From Deltaproteobacteria bacterium (lineage in GTDB: Bacteria; Myxococcota_A; Polyangia; Polyangiales; Houyiibacteriaceae): DNA of 64,000 nucleotides. The stretch is taken from assembly GCA_034670305.1 (NCBI GenBank), contig JAXMNT010000008.1:64001-128000 (forward strand), given 5' to 3'. Every line of letters starts with the position of its first letter. The first letter of the stretch is position 1. A model generated the notes under the pieces. The model was not told the DNA's origin, did no database searches, and saw only the letters and a program-made list of their open reading frames with translations. This document shows, piece after piece, positions 32,110-42,755 of the stretch. The position numbers and the translations under genes were made by a program.

Positions 32110-33339
32110 CTACTCCCGACCCGTGCCGGACGCTGCGCCTTCGATCGAACGGCCGGCGGTCAGCTCGACCAGGCGGTCGATCAAGAACCGGGATTGGTCC
32201 CGTGCCTCGTCGGTGAAGTCGGCCCCGAGGAACCCGCGCACTTCCTCGAACATGGCGTCGAATGCTTCCTGGTCGTGGGCCTCCAACATCTCTGCGATCT
32301 CTTTCGCCGCGTCCCGAAACACCCGCGTCACATCGGCGGTGCGGGGGTTCAACATCTCGATCGGGCCGTACAGTCCCGGCGACTGCGCAAAGTGCCGACC
32401 GATGACGTACGCCTCGAGCAGATACGCGGGCGACGTGAAGGCCAGGGAGTCCGCGAGCGGCACCCCGAGCCGCGCCAGGGCCAGACCCATCACCTGGGTC
32501 TGAAAATGATTCAGCACCTGCACCACGCTCATCGCGCGGTCGTGGGCCTCGGCGCTCGTCTCGGTGACCACCAGGCCCCGCGACTGAAACGTCTCGCGGG
32601 TCCAGTCGTACCAGTCGTCGCCGCGTCCACGACAGAGCACCACGCGCTGTCCGGTGAACGTGTGCACGCCGGGTCCGAACATCGGGTGCGTTCCGACGAC
32701 GCTCGCTTCGGTCGCGCCGAGCATGGTCTCGAGCGGCTCGCTCTTCACCGAGGTGACGTCCATCAAGAGAGATGTGGCCTTGAGCTTGGGGCCAAGGCTT
32801 CGAATCACGTCCGAGGTCGCACGGATCGGCACACTGATCACCACGACGTCGGCGTACGCGGCGGCGTCCTCGGGGCGCAGGTCCGTGGCCACGTCCGCGA
32901 TCATCACCGCGTGCCCCAGGTCGCCGAAGAGACGCGCCAGGCTCTGGCCCATGCCGCCCTCCCCGCCCACGATCGCGATCGTCTTCGGCTCCAGGTTCTC
33001 CGGCACTTCCGCGCGCAGCGCCGCTTGTCGGTCGCGACTCGCGGTGAGCAAGAGCCGGTAGATGGACTCGATCGACTCCGGCGGCAGACCGAGCTTCTCG
33101 GCCCGATCGGCGCGATCCGCGAGCACCTCCCGCTCCCGCTTCAGATCCCGAATCGGCACCCGATGGTGGCGCTTGAAGCTCGCGATCTCCGCCACGATGC
33201 CCATGCGGCGTGAGAGCAACTGCAGCACATCGCGGTCGATCGCGTCGAGCTGGGCCCGAAGCACTGGGAGCGGACGGTTGGAGGGCGCGCTGGCAGCAGG
33301 AGACGCGGCGGGGCCGGGTTTGGGTTCTTCGTTCGACAT
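32110..33339 (-). CDS. tyrA: Bifunctional chorismate mutase/prephenate dehydrogenase
   Basis: LRAQLDAIDR..LLSRR (CM); IVGGEGGMG, DVTSVK, HPMFGP, HDRAMSVVQVLNHF. Confidence 0.92.
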   Translation of the reverse strand: MSNEEPKPGPAASPAASAPSNRPLPVLRAQLDAIDRDVLQLLSRRMGIVAEIASFKRHHRVPIRDLKREREVLADRADRAEKLGLPPESIESIYRLLLTASRDRQAALRAEVPENLEPKTIAIVGGEGGMGQSLARLFGDLGHAVMIADVATDLRPEDAAAYADVVVISVPIRATSDVIRSLGPKLKATSLLMDVTSVKSEPLETMLGATEASVVGTHPMFGPGVHTFTGQRVVLCRGRGDDWYDWTRETFQSRGLVVTETSAEAHDRAMSVVQVLNHFQTQVMGLALARLGVPLADSLAFTSPAYLLEAYVIGRHFAQSPGLYGPIEMLNPRTADVTRVFRDAAKEIAEMLEAHDQEAFDAMFEEVRGFLGADFTDEARDQSRFLIDRLVELTAGRSIEGAASGTGRE

Positions 33340-33405
33340 GGGCGGCGGGTCTCACCATAATCGCGGACCCTGCCGGGTCGACCCGATGGGCCCACCGAGA
33401 CGACC

Positions 33406-34743
33406 ATGCGCACCCTGAAGCTCCACCACTGGATCCTGATCGCGATGGTGCTCGGCGCCGGAATCGGCCTGCCGCTGAGCCACTTCGGCAACAACGGCAC
33501 CATCGACCCGGACGTGGTCGCGACGATCGCCGACGTGGGCAAGCGGGTGGGCGACCTGTTCCTGCAGCTGCTGAAGATGCTGGTCGTGCCGCTCATCGTG
33601 TCCTCGCTGATCAGCGGGGTCACCGGCATGGGCGACCTGCGCCAGCTCGGCAAACTCGGCGGCCGCACGATGCTCTTCTACCTGAGCACGAGCGCGGTCG
33701 CGATCCTGACGGGCGTCGTCTTCGTGAACCTGATCATGCCGGGCGAAGGCGTGCCGCTCTCGCTGCTCCAAGAAGGTGCCGAAGGTGCGGCCCTCCCGAC
33801 GGTGGCCGAGGAAGGCCAAGGACTCGGCGCGGTGCTCTGGGACCAGCTCAAGGGCATGATCCCGAGCAACCCGCTTCACGCCGCCGCCGAAGGCGACATG
33901 CTGCCGGTGATCTTCTTCTCGATCCTGATCGGCGTGTTCATCAGCCTGGTCGAACACGGCAAGGTCGAGGGCGAGAGCGATGCGGACACGCAGGCGCGCC
34001 TCGACGCCTCCATCGTGCGCCGCTTCTTCACGGGTCTCTTCGCGGTGATGATGAAGATGACGCTCGCCGTCATCGCCCTCGCGCCGATCGGCGTCTTCGG
34101 CTTCATGCTCTACGCCGCCGCCGGCCACGGCTTCGCCGCCTTCCGGGCGCTCGGCTGGTACGCGCTCACGGTGTTCGTCGCGCTCGTCGTGCACGCGTTC
34201 CTCACCCTGCCCGCGATCCTCTACGTCATGGGCCGCAAGAACCCGTGGCACCACGCGCAAGCGATGATCCCCGCGCTTCTGACCGCGTTCAGCACCGCGA
34301 GCAGCAACGGCACCCTGCCCCTCACGATGCAGTGCGTGGAGAAGAGCGGCGTCCCCAACCGCATCGGCTCGTTCGTCCTCCCCCTCGGCGCCACCATCAA
34401 CATGGACGGCACCGCCCTCTACGAAGCGGTCGCCGTGTTGTTCATCGCCCAGGTCTACGGCCTCGACCTGAGCATCGGCCAGCAACTCGTCGTCGCCCTC
34501 ACGGCCCTCTTGGCGAGCGTCGGCGCCGCCGGCATCCCCCACGCCGGCACCGTGATGATGGTCGTCGTCCTCGGCGCCGTCGGCCTCCCCACCACCGCCG
34601 TCGGCCTCATCCTCGCCGTCGACCGAATCCTCGACATGTGTCGAACGACCGTGAACGTCTGGAGCGACAGCGCCGCCGCGGTCGTCATCTCGAGATTCGC
34701 AACAGAGCCACTGACCGAGCTGCCGCCAGAGCCCGCCGACTGA
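33406..34743 (+). CDS. Dicarboxylate/amino acid:cation symporter (DAACS)
   Basis: FLQLLKMLVVPL, AFSTASSNGTLP, GATINMDGT, VDRILDMCRTTVN. Confidence 0.95.
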   Translation: MRTLKLHHWILIAMVLGAGIGLPLSHFGNNGTIDPDVVATIADVGKRVGDLFLQLLKMLVVPLIVSSLISGVTGMGDLRQLGKLGGRTMLFYLSTSAVAILTGVVFVNLIMPGEGVPLSLLQEGAEGAALPTVAEEGQGLGAVLWDQLKGMIPSNPLHAAAEGDMLPVIFFSILIGVFISLVEHGKVEGESDADTQARLDASIVRRFFTGLFAVMMKMTLAVIALAPIGVFGFMLYAAAGHGFAAFRALGWYALTVFVALVVHAFLTLPAILYVMGRKNPWHHAQAMIPALLTAFSTASSNGTLPLTMQCVEKSGVPNRIGSFVLPLGATINMDGTALYEAVAVLFIAQVYGLDLSIGQQLVVALTALLASVGAAGIPHAGTVMMVVVLGAVGLPTTAVGLILAVDRILDMCRTTVNVWSDSAAAVVISRFATEPLTELPPEPAD

Positions 34744-34760
34744 CACAGGGCGGGTCCCGT

Positions 34761-35010
34761 GGCTTCGGGATCGGCTACGGCATCGGCTTCGGCTTCGGCA
34801 TCGGCTTCGGCATCGGCTTCGGCATCGGCATCGGCATCGGCTTCGGCATCGGCTTCGGCATCGGCTTCGGGATCGGCTTCGGCTTCGGGATCGGGATCGG
34901 GATCGGCTTCGGGTTCGGGTTCGGGTTCGGGATCGGGAACGGGATCGGCTTCGGCAAGGCAAAGAAGGCCAAGGGCAAGGGCACGGGCAAGGGCACGGGC
35001 ACGGGCAAGG
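34761..35010. repeat. Intergenic (TCGGCN/TCGGGN)n tract capped by (GGGCAM)n
   Basis: Visible periodicity. Confidence 0.95.
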
Positions 35011-35067
35011 ACCACACGGACGGAAGGCGTTGCGTTTCCCCGCTCCCGCCCCTACGCCCCACAACAC

Positions 35068-36462
35068 ATGCGCAAACCCAAAGTGGCGATCGCCGGGGCG
35101 AGCGGGTTCGTCGGCACTGCGCTTCGCAAGGCGCTCGCCGACCGGTTCGAGGTCGTCGCGCTCAGTCGCCGAGCCCGCGAAGAGGACGGCGTCGAGTGGC
35201 GGGCATGCGACCTGTTCTCGTTGCTCGAACTGGAGAGCGCGCTCGAGGGCTGCGACTACGCCGTCTACCTCGTGCACTCGATGCTGCCCTCGGCGCGGCT
35301 GACCCAGGCTTCGTTCGACGATTTGGATCTGCTCCTCGCGGACAACTTCGCCCGCGCGGCCGCACGGTGCGGCGTTCGCCACGTGGTCTACCTCGGGGGA
35401 TTGATCCCCGACGAAGGCGTGCTCTCGGCGCACCTCGCCAGCCGGCTCGAGGTGGAGCGCACCCTGCGCGCGTATGGGGCGGCGGTCACGAGTCTGCGGG
35501 CGGGGCTCGTCGTCGGCGCCGGTGGCTCGTCGCTGCACATCCTGACCAAGCTCGTCGAACGGTTGCCCGCGATGCTCACGCCGCGGTGGACCCGTTCACC
35601 GACCCAGCCGATCGCATTGCAGGACGTCGTACGCGCGATCGATCATTGCCTCGGGCGCACGGAGATGGCGGGCGACTTCGACATCGGCGGCCCGGACGTG
35701 ATGAGCTACCGCGACATGATGGGCCGCACCGCGAAGGTGCTCGGCAAACGCCGACCGATGGTCGACGTGCCGCTCTTCACCCCAGGGCTCTCCTCGCTCT
35801 GGGTGTCGCTCATCACCGGCACGCCGCGTGCGCTCGTCGGCCCGCTCATCCAGAGCCTCCGGCACGCGATGGTGGTGACCGACAACCCACTGCAACAGTG
35901 GCTCCAGCCCGACGCGCTCGGGTTCGAGGACGCCTTGCGACAAGCCGTCGCCCACGAAGCCGCGCCGAAGCCTCAGCTGGCGCGCCTCTCCACCCACCGT
36001 CGTCAAGCCCGCGTCGCCAGCACCGTGCGCAGCGTGCAGCGCCTCGCCCGGCCGCCCGGCGTCGGCGCACGCTGGATCGCGGAGGAGTACATCCGATGGC
36101 TCCCCACCATGCCGCTGCCGGCGCTCCGCTGCGAACGAGAAGGTTCTGTCGTGCGGTTCTGCCTCGGGCCCTTCTCGAAACCGCTGCTGGTGCTCCGGCT
36201 CTCGGAGGAACGCAACGCGCCGGGCCGAGCGCTCTTCTACATCGACGGCGGTTGGCTCGCGCGCACCGACGGACCTCGACCGGGCCGGTTCGAGTTCCGG
36301 ATCACGCCCGACGGCAAGAGTGTGATCGCGGCGATCCACGAGTTCCGGCCCGCGCTCCCGTGGTTCGTGTACGAAGCCACCCAGGCGCTCGCCCACCTGC
36401 TCGTGATGAAGCTCTTCGGCCGCCACCTCGCCCGACATCCGGGCGAGGTGCCCGCCGATTGA
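35068..36462 (+). CDS. NAD(P)-binding atypical SDR/epimerase (YbjT-like) with C-terminal extra domain
   Basis: IAGASGFVG, AVYLVHSM, VVYLGG, HLASRLEVE, TQPIA. Confidence 0.85.
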   Translation: MRKPKVAIAGASGFVGTALRKALADRFEVVALSRRAREEDGVEWRACDLFSLLELESALEGCDYAVYLVHSMLPSARLTQASFDDLDLLLADNFARAAARCGVRHVVYLGGLIPDEGVLSAHLASRLEVERTLRAYGAAVTSLRAGLVVGAGGSSLHILTKLVERLPAMLTPRWTRSPTQPIALQDVVRAIDHCLGRTEMAGDFDIGGPDVMSYRDMMGRTAKVLGKRRPMVDVPLFTPGLSSLWVSLITGTPRALVGPLIQSLRHAMVVTDNPLQQWLQPDALGFEDALRQAVAHEAAPKPQLARLSTHRRQARVASTVRSVQRLARPPGVGARWIAEEYIRWLPTMPLPALRCEREGSVVRFCLGPFSKPLLVLRLSEERNAPGRALFYIDGGWLARTDGPRPGRFEFRITPDGKSVIAAIHEFRPALPWFVYEATQALAHLLVMKLFGRHLARHPGEVPAD

Positions 36463-36500
36463 CGCGCGACAAGCCTGGCGATCCGCGGGACACTCTGGCC

Positions 36501-36971
36501 GTGAACGCACCACCCCGACGCGTCGTTCCGCCCGACGCACGACGCGACGACTGGCGGATGCCGCGGCCCGTGCGCAAGGTCGCGCGCGCTTTCGCCGAAG
36601 CGCTCTTCGCGGACGAGCAAGGCCCACCTCCGGCCGACCGGCTCGATTGGCTGATGGAGGATGTCCAAGATTTCCTGGCGCACGCTGGGCCGCGGGCGCG
36701 CACCGTCTTTCAGGCCAGCATGGTCGCGCTCGGCACCGTCGCGCCGCTCGCCGCCGGCATTCCGAAGCCGCTGTGGGCGATCGGCTGGCGCGAGCGGGTG
36801 CACGTCGTCGAGAAGTTCGAGAAGACGCCGCTCGGTCTCGCGGTGCTGGGTGCGAAGACGATGATCTGCTTCTCCTGGTACGAACACCCGGCCACCACCG
36901 CGGAGATCGGATACGACGGGCTCCCGCTCGATCCGCGACGCGACGACTCGGAACCCCGAGGCGGCCGATGA
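36501..36971 (+). CDS. Small protein coupled to the GMC oxidoreductase (gluconate-dehydrogenase-subunit-3-like)
   Basis: [17 protein letters not shown] end motif; ATGA overlap with GMC; start may be ATG 36558. Confidence 0.65.
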   Translation: MNAPPRRVVPPDARRDDWRMPRPVRKVARAFAEALFADEQGPPPADRLDWLMEDVQDFLAHAGPRARTVFQASMVALGTVAPLAAGIPKPLWAIGWRERVHVVEKFEKTPLGLAVLGAKTMICFSWYEHPATTAEIGYDGLPLDPRRDDSEPRGGR

Positions 36972-38482
36972 CGTACGAATCGGCGCGCGACCTCGGGCGC
37001 GACCTGGAGCTCAGCTGCGACGTCGTCGTCGTCGGCTCGGGCGCGAGCGGCGCCACCGTCGCGACGGAGCTCGCGGAAGCCGGACAGAACGTGCTCGTTC
37101 TGGAAGAAGGCGCGCGGGTGGACGCAGGGCTGCACGGAAAGATGCGCCCGAGCGAATCGCTCCGGCACGTGTGGCGCGACGGGGGCTTCACGGTGGCGGT
37201 CGGCCTCGGGGACACGCCGGTGATCAACGTGACGATGGGCCGCGTGGTCGGAGGCTCGTCGGTGGTCACCGGCGGGGTGTGTTTCCGAACCCCGGACCAC
37301 GTGCTCGACGGGTGGGCGAACGAGCTCGGTTTGACCGAATACAGCGCCCGCAAGATGGAGCCGTACTTCGAGAAGGTCGAGAAGCACCTGCACGTGGAGA
37401 CGGTCACGCCCGACCGGTGGTCGCGCTCCACGCACCTGTTCGCCGAGGGTGCGAAGAAGAAGGGCTTCCGCATCGAGCCGGTGCGGCGCAACACCGACGG
37501 CTGCCGCGGCCATGGGCGGTGCAACTTCGGTTGTCCGGAGAAAGCCAAACTCAGCGTCGACCAGAGCTACCTGCCGCGCGCCGTCGCCCAAGGCGCGACG
37601 GTGTACTCGCACTGCCGAGTCGATCGCGTGGTGGTGAAGGGTGGCCGCGCGCGCGGGGTGGTCGGCCGGGTGCTCGACGGCCGCAACGGCAAACCCGGAC
37701 ACAAGCTCACCGTTCACGCCAAACGGGTCGTCATCGCGGGCAGCGCGTGGTTCACGCCGGGCATCCTCCGCCGCAGCGGCATCCGAAACGCAGTGCTCGG
37801 CAAACGCATGACGCTGCACCCGGGCTTTCGGATGATGGCCGCCTTCGACGAACCGGTCGAAGGGTGGAAGGGCGCCATGCAGAGCGCGTTCACCGACGCG
37901 TTCGAAGACCGCGGACTGACGCTCGTCTCGCTTTTCATTCCGGTCAGCGTCATCGGCGCGACGATGCCCGGCATCGGGCCGGAGCACGTGAAGCGGGCCC
38001 GCCGGATGCGCTACGTCGCGATGTTCGGCGGCATGATCCACGACGAAGGCGGCGGCACCGTGCGGCGGGGCCCCGGAGGCGCGCCGCTCGCGACGTACCG
38101 CATGTCGAAGCGCGACCGGGCACGCGTCCCCGACATCATCCGAACCATGGGCGGCACCTTCCTCGCCGCCGGCGCGACCGAGATCTTTCCGCCCGTGCTC
38201 GGCCTCGACCACGGCCTCGACGCGGATGCATTCGAGCGGTTTCCGTTCGAGTCGTTGCCGGGCCGCCGATTCGAGTGTTCCTCCCAACATCCGCTCGGCA
38301 CGGCCCGCATCGGCACCGACGCCCGCAGCAGCGTGTGCGATCCGGGCGGCCGGGTCTGGGGCACCGAAGAGCTCTACGTGGTGGATGGCTCCGTGCTGCC
38401 GACCAGCCTCGGCGTGAACCCACAGGAGTCGATCATGGCGGTCGCCACCCGCATCGCGCACGCGATGCCGCCGCTGGCATAG
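36968..38482 (+). CDS. GMC family oxidoreductase
   Basis: [57 protein letters not shown]. Confidence 0.93.
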   Translation: MTYESARDLGRDLELSCDVVVVGSGASGATVATELAEAGQNVLVLEEGARVDAGLHGKMRPSESLRHVWRDGGFTVAVGLGDTPVINVTMGRVVGGSSVVTGGVCFRTPDHVLDGWANELGLTEYSARKMEPYFEKVEKHLHVETVTPDRWSRSTHLFAEGAKKKGFRIEPVRRNTDGCRGHGRCNFGCPEKAKLSVDQSYLPRAVAQGATVYSHCRVDRVVVKGGRARGVVGRVLDGRNGKPGHKLTVHAKRVVIAGSAWFTPGILRRSGIRNAVLGKRMTLHPGFRMMAAFDEPVEGWKGAMQSAFTDAFEDRGLTLVSLFIPVSVIGATMPGIGPEHVKRARRMRYVAMFGGMIHDEGGGTVRRGPGGAPLATYRMSKRDRARVPDIIRTMGGTFLAAGATEIFPPVLGLDHGLDADAFERFPFESLPGRRFECSSQHPLGTARIGTDARSSVCDPGGRVWGTEELYVVDGSVLPTSLGVNPQESIMAVATRIAHAMPPLA

Positions 38483-38492
38483 AGGGCGGGGC

Positions 38493-38727
38493 CCCTTGCC
38501 CCTGCCCTTGCCCTGATTCGGCGTCCGCGTCGGAATCGGTCTCGGCTTCGGCGTCGGCTTCGGCGTCGGATTCGGATTCGGATTCGGCGTCGGCTTCGGA
38601 TTCGGATTCGGATTCGGCTTCGGCTTCGGCGTCGGCTTCGGCGTCGGATTCGGCTTCGGCTTCGGCGTCGATGCATCAAGCGGGCAAGGGCAAGGGCAAG
38701 GGCAAAGGCAAGGGTGAGCGCAAGGGC
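38493..38727. repeat. Intergenic (TCGGCN/TCGGAT)n tract bracketed by inverted (GGGCAA)n arms
   Basis: 38493-38513 versus 38682-38702: 21-nt inverted repeat with 1 mismatch. Confidence 0.9.
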
Positions 38728-38804
38728 ACAATCCGAGTCAGCGGTCTCGCACACCGTGCGGTTCCCGATTTGCTCCGAGGCGCCGAGGCTGCGTAGCGTG
38801 CCGC

Positions 38805-40589
38805 ATGAACCTTCGAACCTTGGGCACCCTCGCCCTGTGCGCGGTGTGGGCCGCTGGATGCGGCGGCGACGACGACGCGGCGGTGGACGCCGGTCCCGTG
38901 GACGCCCGTGGCACGGACGCGCCCGATCCGGTGGACGCGTTCACCCCGGTCGATTGCAGCGCGTTCACCGAAGTCGAGGTCTGCGAGGCCAGCCCCACGA
39001 GCTGCGAGATCGTCTTCGACGACTCGACCGGCTGCGCAGAGGCGTGCGCCGCTGGAGGCCTCGTGTGCAGTGAGAGCTTCGAGAACATCGATGGTATGTG
39101 CGCGGGCGATCGTACGATGCCGCTCGATTGCGCGGACACCGGCCACATCTCCGACCACTGCGTGTGCGTGCGCGAGATGGTCGACGCGGGCCCCGTGGAC
39201 GCAGGGGTCGACGCCGCGTCGATGGATGCGGGACCGATCGATGCCGGACCGCCGGGCGAGGTTCTCGCGTTTCCGAGCGCGCGGGGTGCGGGTGCCCGAG
39301 CCACCGGCGGTCGCGGCGGACGGGTCCTCCGGGTGACGAACCTGAACGACTCCGGCGAAGGCAGCCTGCGGGCCGCGCTGACCGCGTCCGGACCGCGCAT
39401 CATCACCTTCGCGGTGTCGGGCGTCGTGATCGTCGACAGCACCATTCGCGTGACGAACGGAGACTTCACCTTGGCGGGTCAGACCGCGCCGGCAGGCGGC
39501 ATCACCGTCTCGGGCGTCAGCCGAGTGCTCGAGTTCGTCGGGGCGGACAACTTCATCGTCCGCTACCTCCGGGTGCGGCCGGAGTACTCCACGTTCGATG
39601 CGGTCTCGCTGATCAACTGCTCGAACCACATCTTCGATCACATCTCGGTTTCATGGGGTGGCGACGAGGTGATGACCACCCGTGGAGACACGGACGACGT
39701 GACGTTCCAGCGGCTGCTCTTGGCCGAGGGCAAGACGGGCACGTTGTTCGGGGACAGCGACGATCCGACCCTCTCGGAGAACCTCAGCTTCCACCACAAC
39801 GCCTACTACAACGTCACCCACCGCCACCCCAACGTGCACACGTACGGACGCGCGGACGTCTACAACAACGTGGTCTTCAACTGGAAGTTCCGCTGGTCGG
39901 TGGTCATCGGCGACGTGCAACTCAACCACATCGGCAACTACTACCTGCAGGGATGCGTCGAGACCCCGAACGGCAACAACAGCTTCAACAAGGTGTTCTA
40001 CCGCGCCGAGTACGAACCCGAGATCCACAGCGCCGGCAACCTCGTGATGCCAAGCCACCTGACGGACCCAGCGGAAGACAACTGGCGGCTCTGGAACTGG
40101 CGGGTCGACGTCACCTCGGGCCCGTACGCCGGCGCCAGCGCCAACACGCAGCTGACCGACGACTACCAGGTGGACGCGCCCTTCCCCCTGCTTGGGCCGC
40201 CGACCACCGCGCAGACTGCGGCGGACGCATTCACGGACGTGAGCAACGATGTGGGTGCGAACCGGCGCATCGACGAGAACGGTGATGTCGTCGCTGAGGT
40301 CGACGCGCTCGACGCGCTCTACCTCTCGGACATTCGGGATGGCGCGTGCGTGAGCTACATGAGCAGCAGCGCCGGACAGAACTTCAACACGACCCCGCAC
40401 TACCTCGCGTTCATCGCGGGGCGGTCGTCGACGCCGATGGGCACCGGACCGGCGGATACGAACGAAGACGGGATCCCGGATGCGTGGATCACCGCGCGCG
40501 GGTTCACGGTCTCCGAGGATCTCACCAGTCACGAATGGCCGAGCGGCTACATCGGCGTCGAGGAGTACCTGAACGAAGTCGATCGGTGA
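38805..40589 (+). CDS. Lipoprotein pectate lyase (PL1-like) with Cys-rich N-terminal module
   Basis: AAGC lipobox; [56 protein letters not shown]. Confidence 0.85.
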   Translation: MNLRTLGTLALCAVWAAGCGGDDDAAVDAGPVDARGTDAPDPVDAFTPVDCSAFTEVEVCEASPTSCEIVFDDSTGCAEACAAGGLVCSESFENIDGMCAGDRTMPLDCADTGHISDHCVCVREMVDAGPVDAGVDAASMDAGPIDAGPPGEVLAFPSARGAGARATGGRGGRVLRVTNLNDSGEGSLRAALTASGPRIITFAVSGVVIVDSTIRVTNGDFTLAGQTAPAGGITVSGVSRVLEFVGADNFIVRYLRVRPEYSTFDAVSLINCSNHIFDHISVSWGGDEVMTTRGDTDDVTFQRLLLAEGKTGTLFGDSDDPTLSENLSFHHNAYYNVTHRHPNVHTYGRADVYNNVVFNWKFRWSVVIGDVQLNHIGNYYLQGCVETPNGNNSFNKVFYRAEYEPEIHSAGNLVMPSHLTDPAEDNWRLWNWRVDVTSGPYAGASANTQLTDDYQVDAPFPLLGPPTTAQTAADAFTDVSNDVGANRRIDENGDVVAEVDALDALYLSDIRDGACVSYMSSSAGQNFNTTPHYLAFIAGRSSTPMGTGPADTNEDGIPDAWITARGFTVSEDLTSHEWPSGYIGVEEYLNEVDR

Positions 40590-40637
40590 CCGACCGGCCG
40601 ACCGACCAGCCAGGATGACGTCCGAGGACTTGGTGAC

Positions 40638-40881
40638 GCCGTCGCCGAGGCCGATGCCGAGGCCGAGGCCGAGGCCGACGCCGAAGCCGAAGCCGACGCC
40701 GAAGCCGACGCCGAAGCCGAATCCGAAGGCGAGCCCGAAGCCGACGCCGAAGCCGACGCCGAAGCCGACGCCGACCCCGAAGCCGAGTCCGATCCCGAAG
40801 CCGACCCCGAAGCCGAGTCCGATCCCGAAGCCGAGGCCGACGCCGAATCCGATCCCGATCCCGAGGCCGACGCCGAATCCG
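40638..40881. repeat. Intergenic (GCCGAN/CCCGAN)n tract
   Basis: Visible periodicity. Confidence 0.95.
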
Positions 40882-40883
40882 GC

Positions 40884-41558
40884 CTACTGCTCGAACGCCT
40901 TCGCTAGGGGGCAGTTCTCCGGGGCGGGTTGGCCGCGGCGGTAGCGGTCGAGGAGGTGGCGGGAGCGTTGGGCGAGTTCGCGGCGGACTTGGCGGCGTTC
41001 GCCTTTGACCCGCTTGATCTTCATGTCGTCGTAGCCGGTGGTCTGGTGGCGCATCCAGGCAATGGTCGCGGCGGCGGCGCGCCTCTCGACGGGGATGCGC
41101 TTGGTGCGGGCGACCGTGCCGCTGCCGACCGGGGTCGCGTGCGCGGCGATCGCGCGGGCCATGCGTCGCGCGAGCGGTTCATGGGTCGGGGCGAAGTCGA
41201 GGAACGCGAACACCGCGTCTTCGAACTCGGCGGCGTACGCGACCTGCTCGCGTTCCCGCTTCTTGCGGGCGGCGTCGAGTTTGCGTTGGTGGGCGGGGTC
41301 GCTCCGTTCGAGGGTGAGGGCCGCCACGATCGCGTCGACCCGGTCCTTCGGTGCCCAGATGCCTTGGGAGAACGTGCGGCGCCCCTTCTTCTCTTGCACC
41401 AGCCAGTGCGGTCCGCCGGCTTTCACTCGGCGCGTGAGCGCGGCATCCCCGGGCGGGACGAGGATCCAGTCGGTGGGCGGCACGAGGTACGCGCCCTGTT
41501 CGGTGCGCACCTCGCGGGCCGTTCGGCCCGGGCGCACCGTTCGAGTCTCGGTCGGCAT
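40884..41558 (-). CDS. DUF2293 domain protein
   Basis: [23 protein letters not shown] motif. Confidence 0.8.
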   Translation of the reverse strand: MPTETRTVRPGRTAREVRTEQGAYLVPPTDWILVPPGDAALTRRVKAGGPHWLVQEKKGRRTFSQGIWAPKDRVDAIVAALTLERSDPAHQRKLDAARKKREREQVAYAAEFEDAVFAFLDFAPTHEPLARRMARAIAAHATPVGSGTVARTKRIPVERRAAAATIAWMRHQTTGYDDMKIKRVKGERRQVRRELAQRSRHLLDRYRRGQPAPENCPLAKAFEQ

Positions 41559-41600
41559 GGGCACCCGGTAGCACAGTGCTCCGAGTCACCAAGTCCTCGG

Positions 41601-41854
41601 CCTTCGGCTTTGGCCTCGGCTTCGGCCTCGGCATCGGCATCGGCGTCGGCTTCGGCCTCGGCTTCGGCTTCGGCATCGGCTTCGGCGTCGACTTCGGCTT
41701 CGGCATCGGCTTCGGCGTCGGCGTCGACTTCGGCTTCGGCTTCGGCATCGGCTTCGGCGTCGGCATCGGCTTCGGCGTCGGCTTCGGCGTCGGCGTCGGC
41801 GTCGGCTTCGGCTTCGGCTTCGAAGGGCACGGGCACGGGCACGGGCAAGGGCAC
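41601..41854. repeat. Intergenic (TCGGCN)n tract capped by (GGGCAM)n
   Basis: Visible periodicity. Confidence 0.95.
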
Positions 41855-41868
41855 GCCCCGCCCCCGGC

Positions 41869-42534
41869 TCAGTCCGCGTCGTCCACCCGGGTCAGCGTGA
41901 TGTTGAAGTCGCCGGTGCCGAACTTCGCGAACAGGCGCACCCAGAGCGGCAGCCACATCTCGGTGCCGCGCGCAGTCGTCACGTCGCCGAGATCCAAGAT
42001 CTCGTGGGCGCGCCATCCGAACGTCTGCAGCAACTCGGACACTTCCGCCTTCGCGTCCGCGTCGTTGCCACTCACGAAGATCTGGTGATCGCCGCTGATC
42101 CGCCGGGGCGCGATCATCAGCGAGTTGTGGACCGTGTTCAACGTCTTGATCACGCGCGCCTCTGGCAGCGCCCGCTGGATCTGCTCGGCGAGGCTGTCCT
42201 TGTTGCAGACCGACAGCGCGGGCGGGAAGCCCTGGCTGAAATCGAGTGGGTTCGTGACGTCCACCAGGATCTTGCGCCCGACCTCTTCCACGATGCCCTT
42301 GGCCACCGTGAAGGTGTGCACCCCACTCGTGGCGAGGAACACCATCTCGCCGAAGGCGGCGGCGTCCGCGAAGGTCCCGACCGACGCGCCTTCCCCCTGA
42401 TCGGCCGCCCATCGCTCGCTCGCTTCGTTGCCATCCGTGCGTGAGCCGAGGCGAACCTCGTGCCCGAGCGACACCAACTTGGAGGCGATGGCTTTGCCCA
42501 CATCGCCCGTGCCCAACACCGCAATCTTCGTCAT
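41869..42534 (-). CDS. NADPH-dependent F420 reductase-like oxidoreductase
   Basis: IAVLGTGDVG, LGSR, LVDVTNPL, SLAEQIQ..VIKTLNT, SGND..AK, DLGD..ARGTE. Confidence 0.88.
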   Translation of the reverse strand: MTKIAVLGTGDVGKAIASKLVSLGHEVRLGSRTDGNEASERWAADQGEGASVGTFADAAAFGEMVFLATSGVHTFTVAKGIVEEVGRKILVDVTNPLDFSQGFPPALSVCNKDSLAEQIQRALPEARVIKTLNTVHNSLMIAPRRISGDHQIFVSGNDADAKAEVSELLQTFGWRAHEILDLGDVTTARGTEMWLPLWVRLFAKFGTGDFNITLTRVDDAD

Positions 42535-42755
42535 GCCCGGAGGGTCGCACGACACGCGGGCAAGACTCCATGACCGGGTCGTGGCGGCTCGGCCCTTGCC
42601 CGTGCCACTGGTTTCTGGGTCCGCAAGCAGGGCCCCACCCGAAACTCAGCCCGCGCCCCACGAAATCATGCGCCGTACTCGGCGCGTCCGCGTTCTCCCT
42701 TCGCACCCCCTCCTTTCTCGTGTCGGCTGCCCGTTGGCACAGAGGTGTGACGATC

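Noticed and set aside
29384-33358. Apparent 1324-aa fusion extending the dikinase over tyrA
   Set aside because: The upstream 419 codons are an Arg-rich alternative frame of tyrA; the real start is ATG 32101
34759-35067. Repeat-encoded N-terminal extension of the SDR/epimerase
   Set aside because: The Rossmann motif begins right after ATG 35068; the tract is stop-free in any frame, so openness is uninformative
33210-36971. 1253-aa ORF spanning the symporter and epimerase
   Set aside because: Off-frame readthrough; only the last ~156 codons look genuine
42540-42755. Cobalamin riboswitch or sigma-54 promoter before the second receptor
   Set aside because: GCCACTG is present but other B12-box elements are missing; TGGCAC is not followed by TTGC at the -12 position
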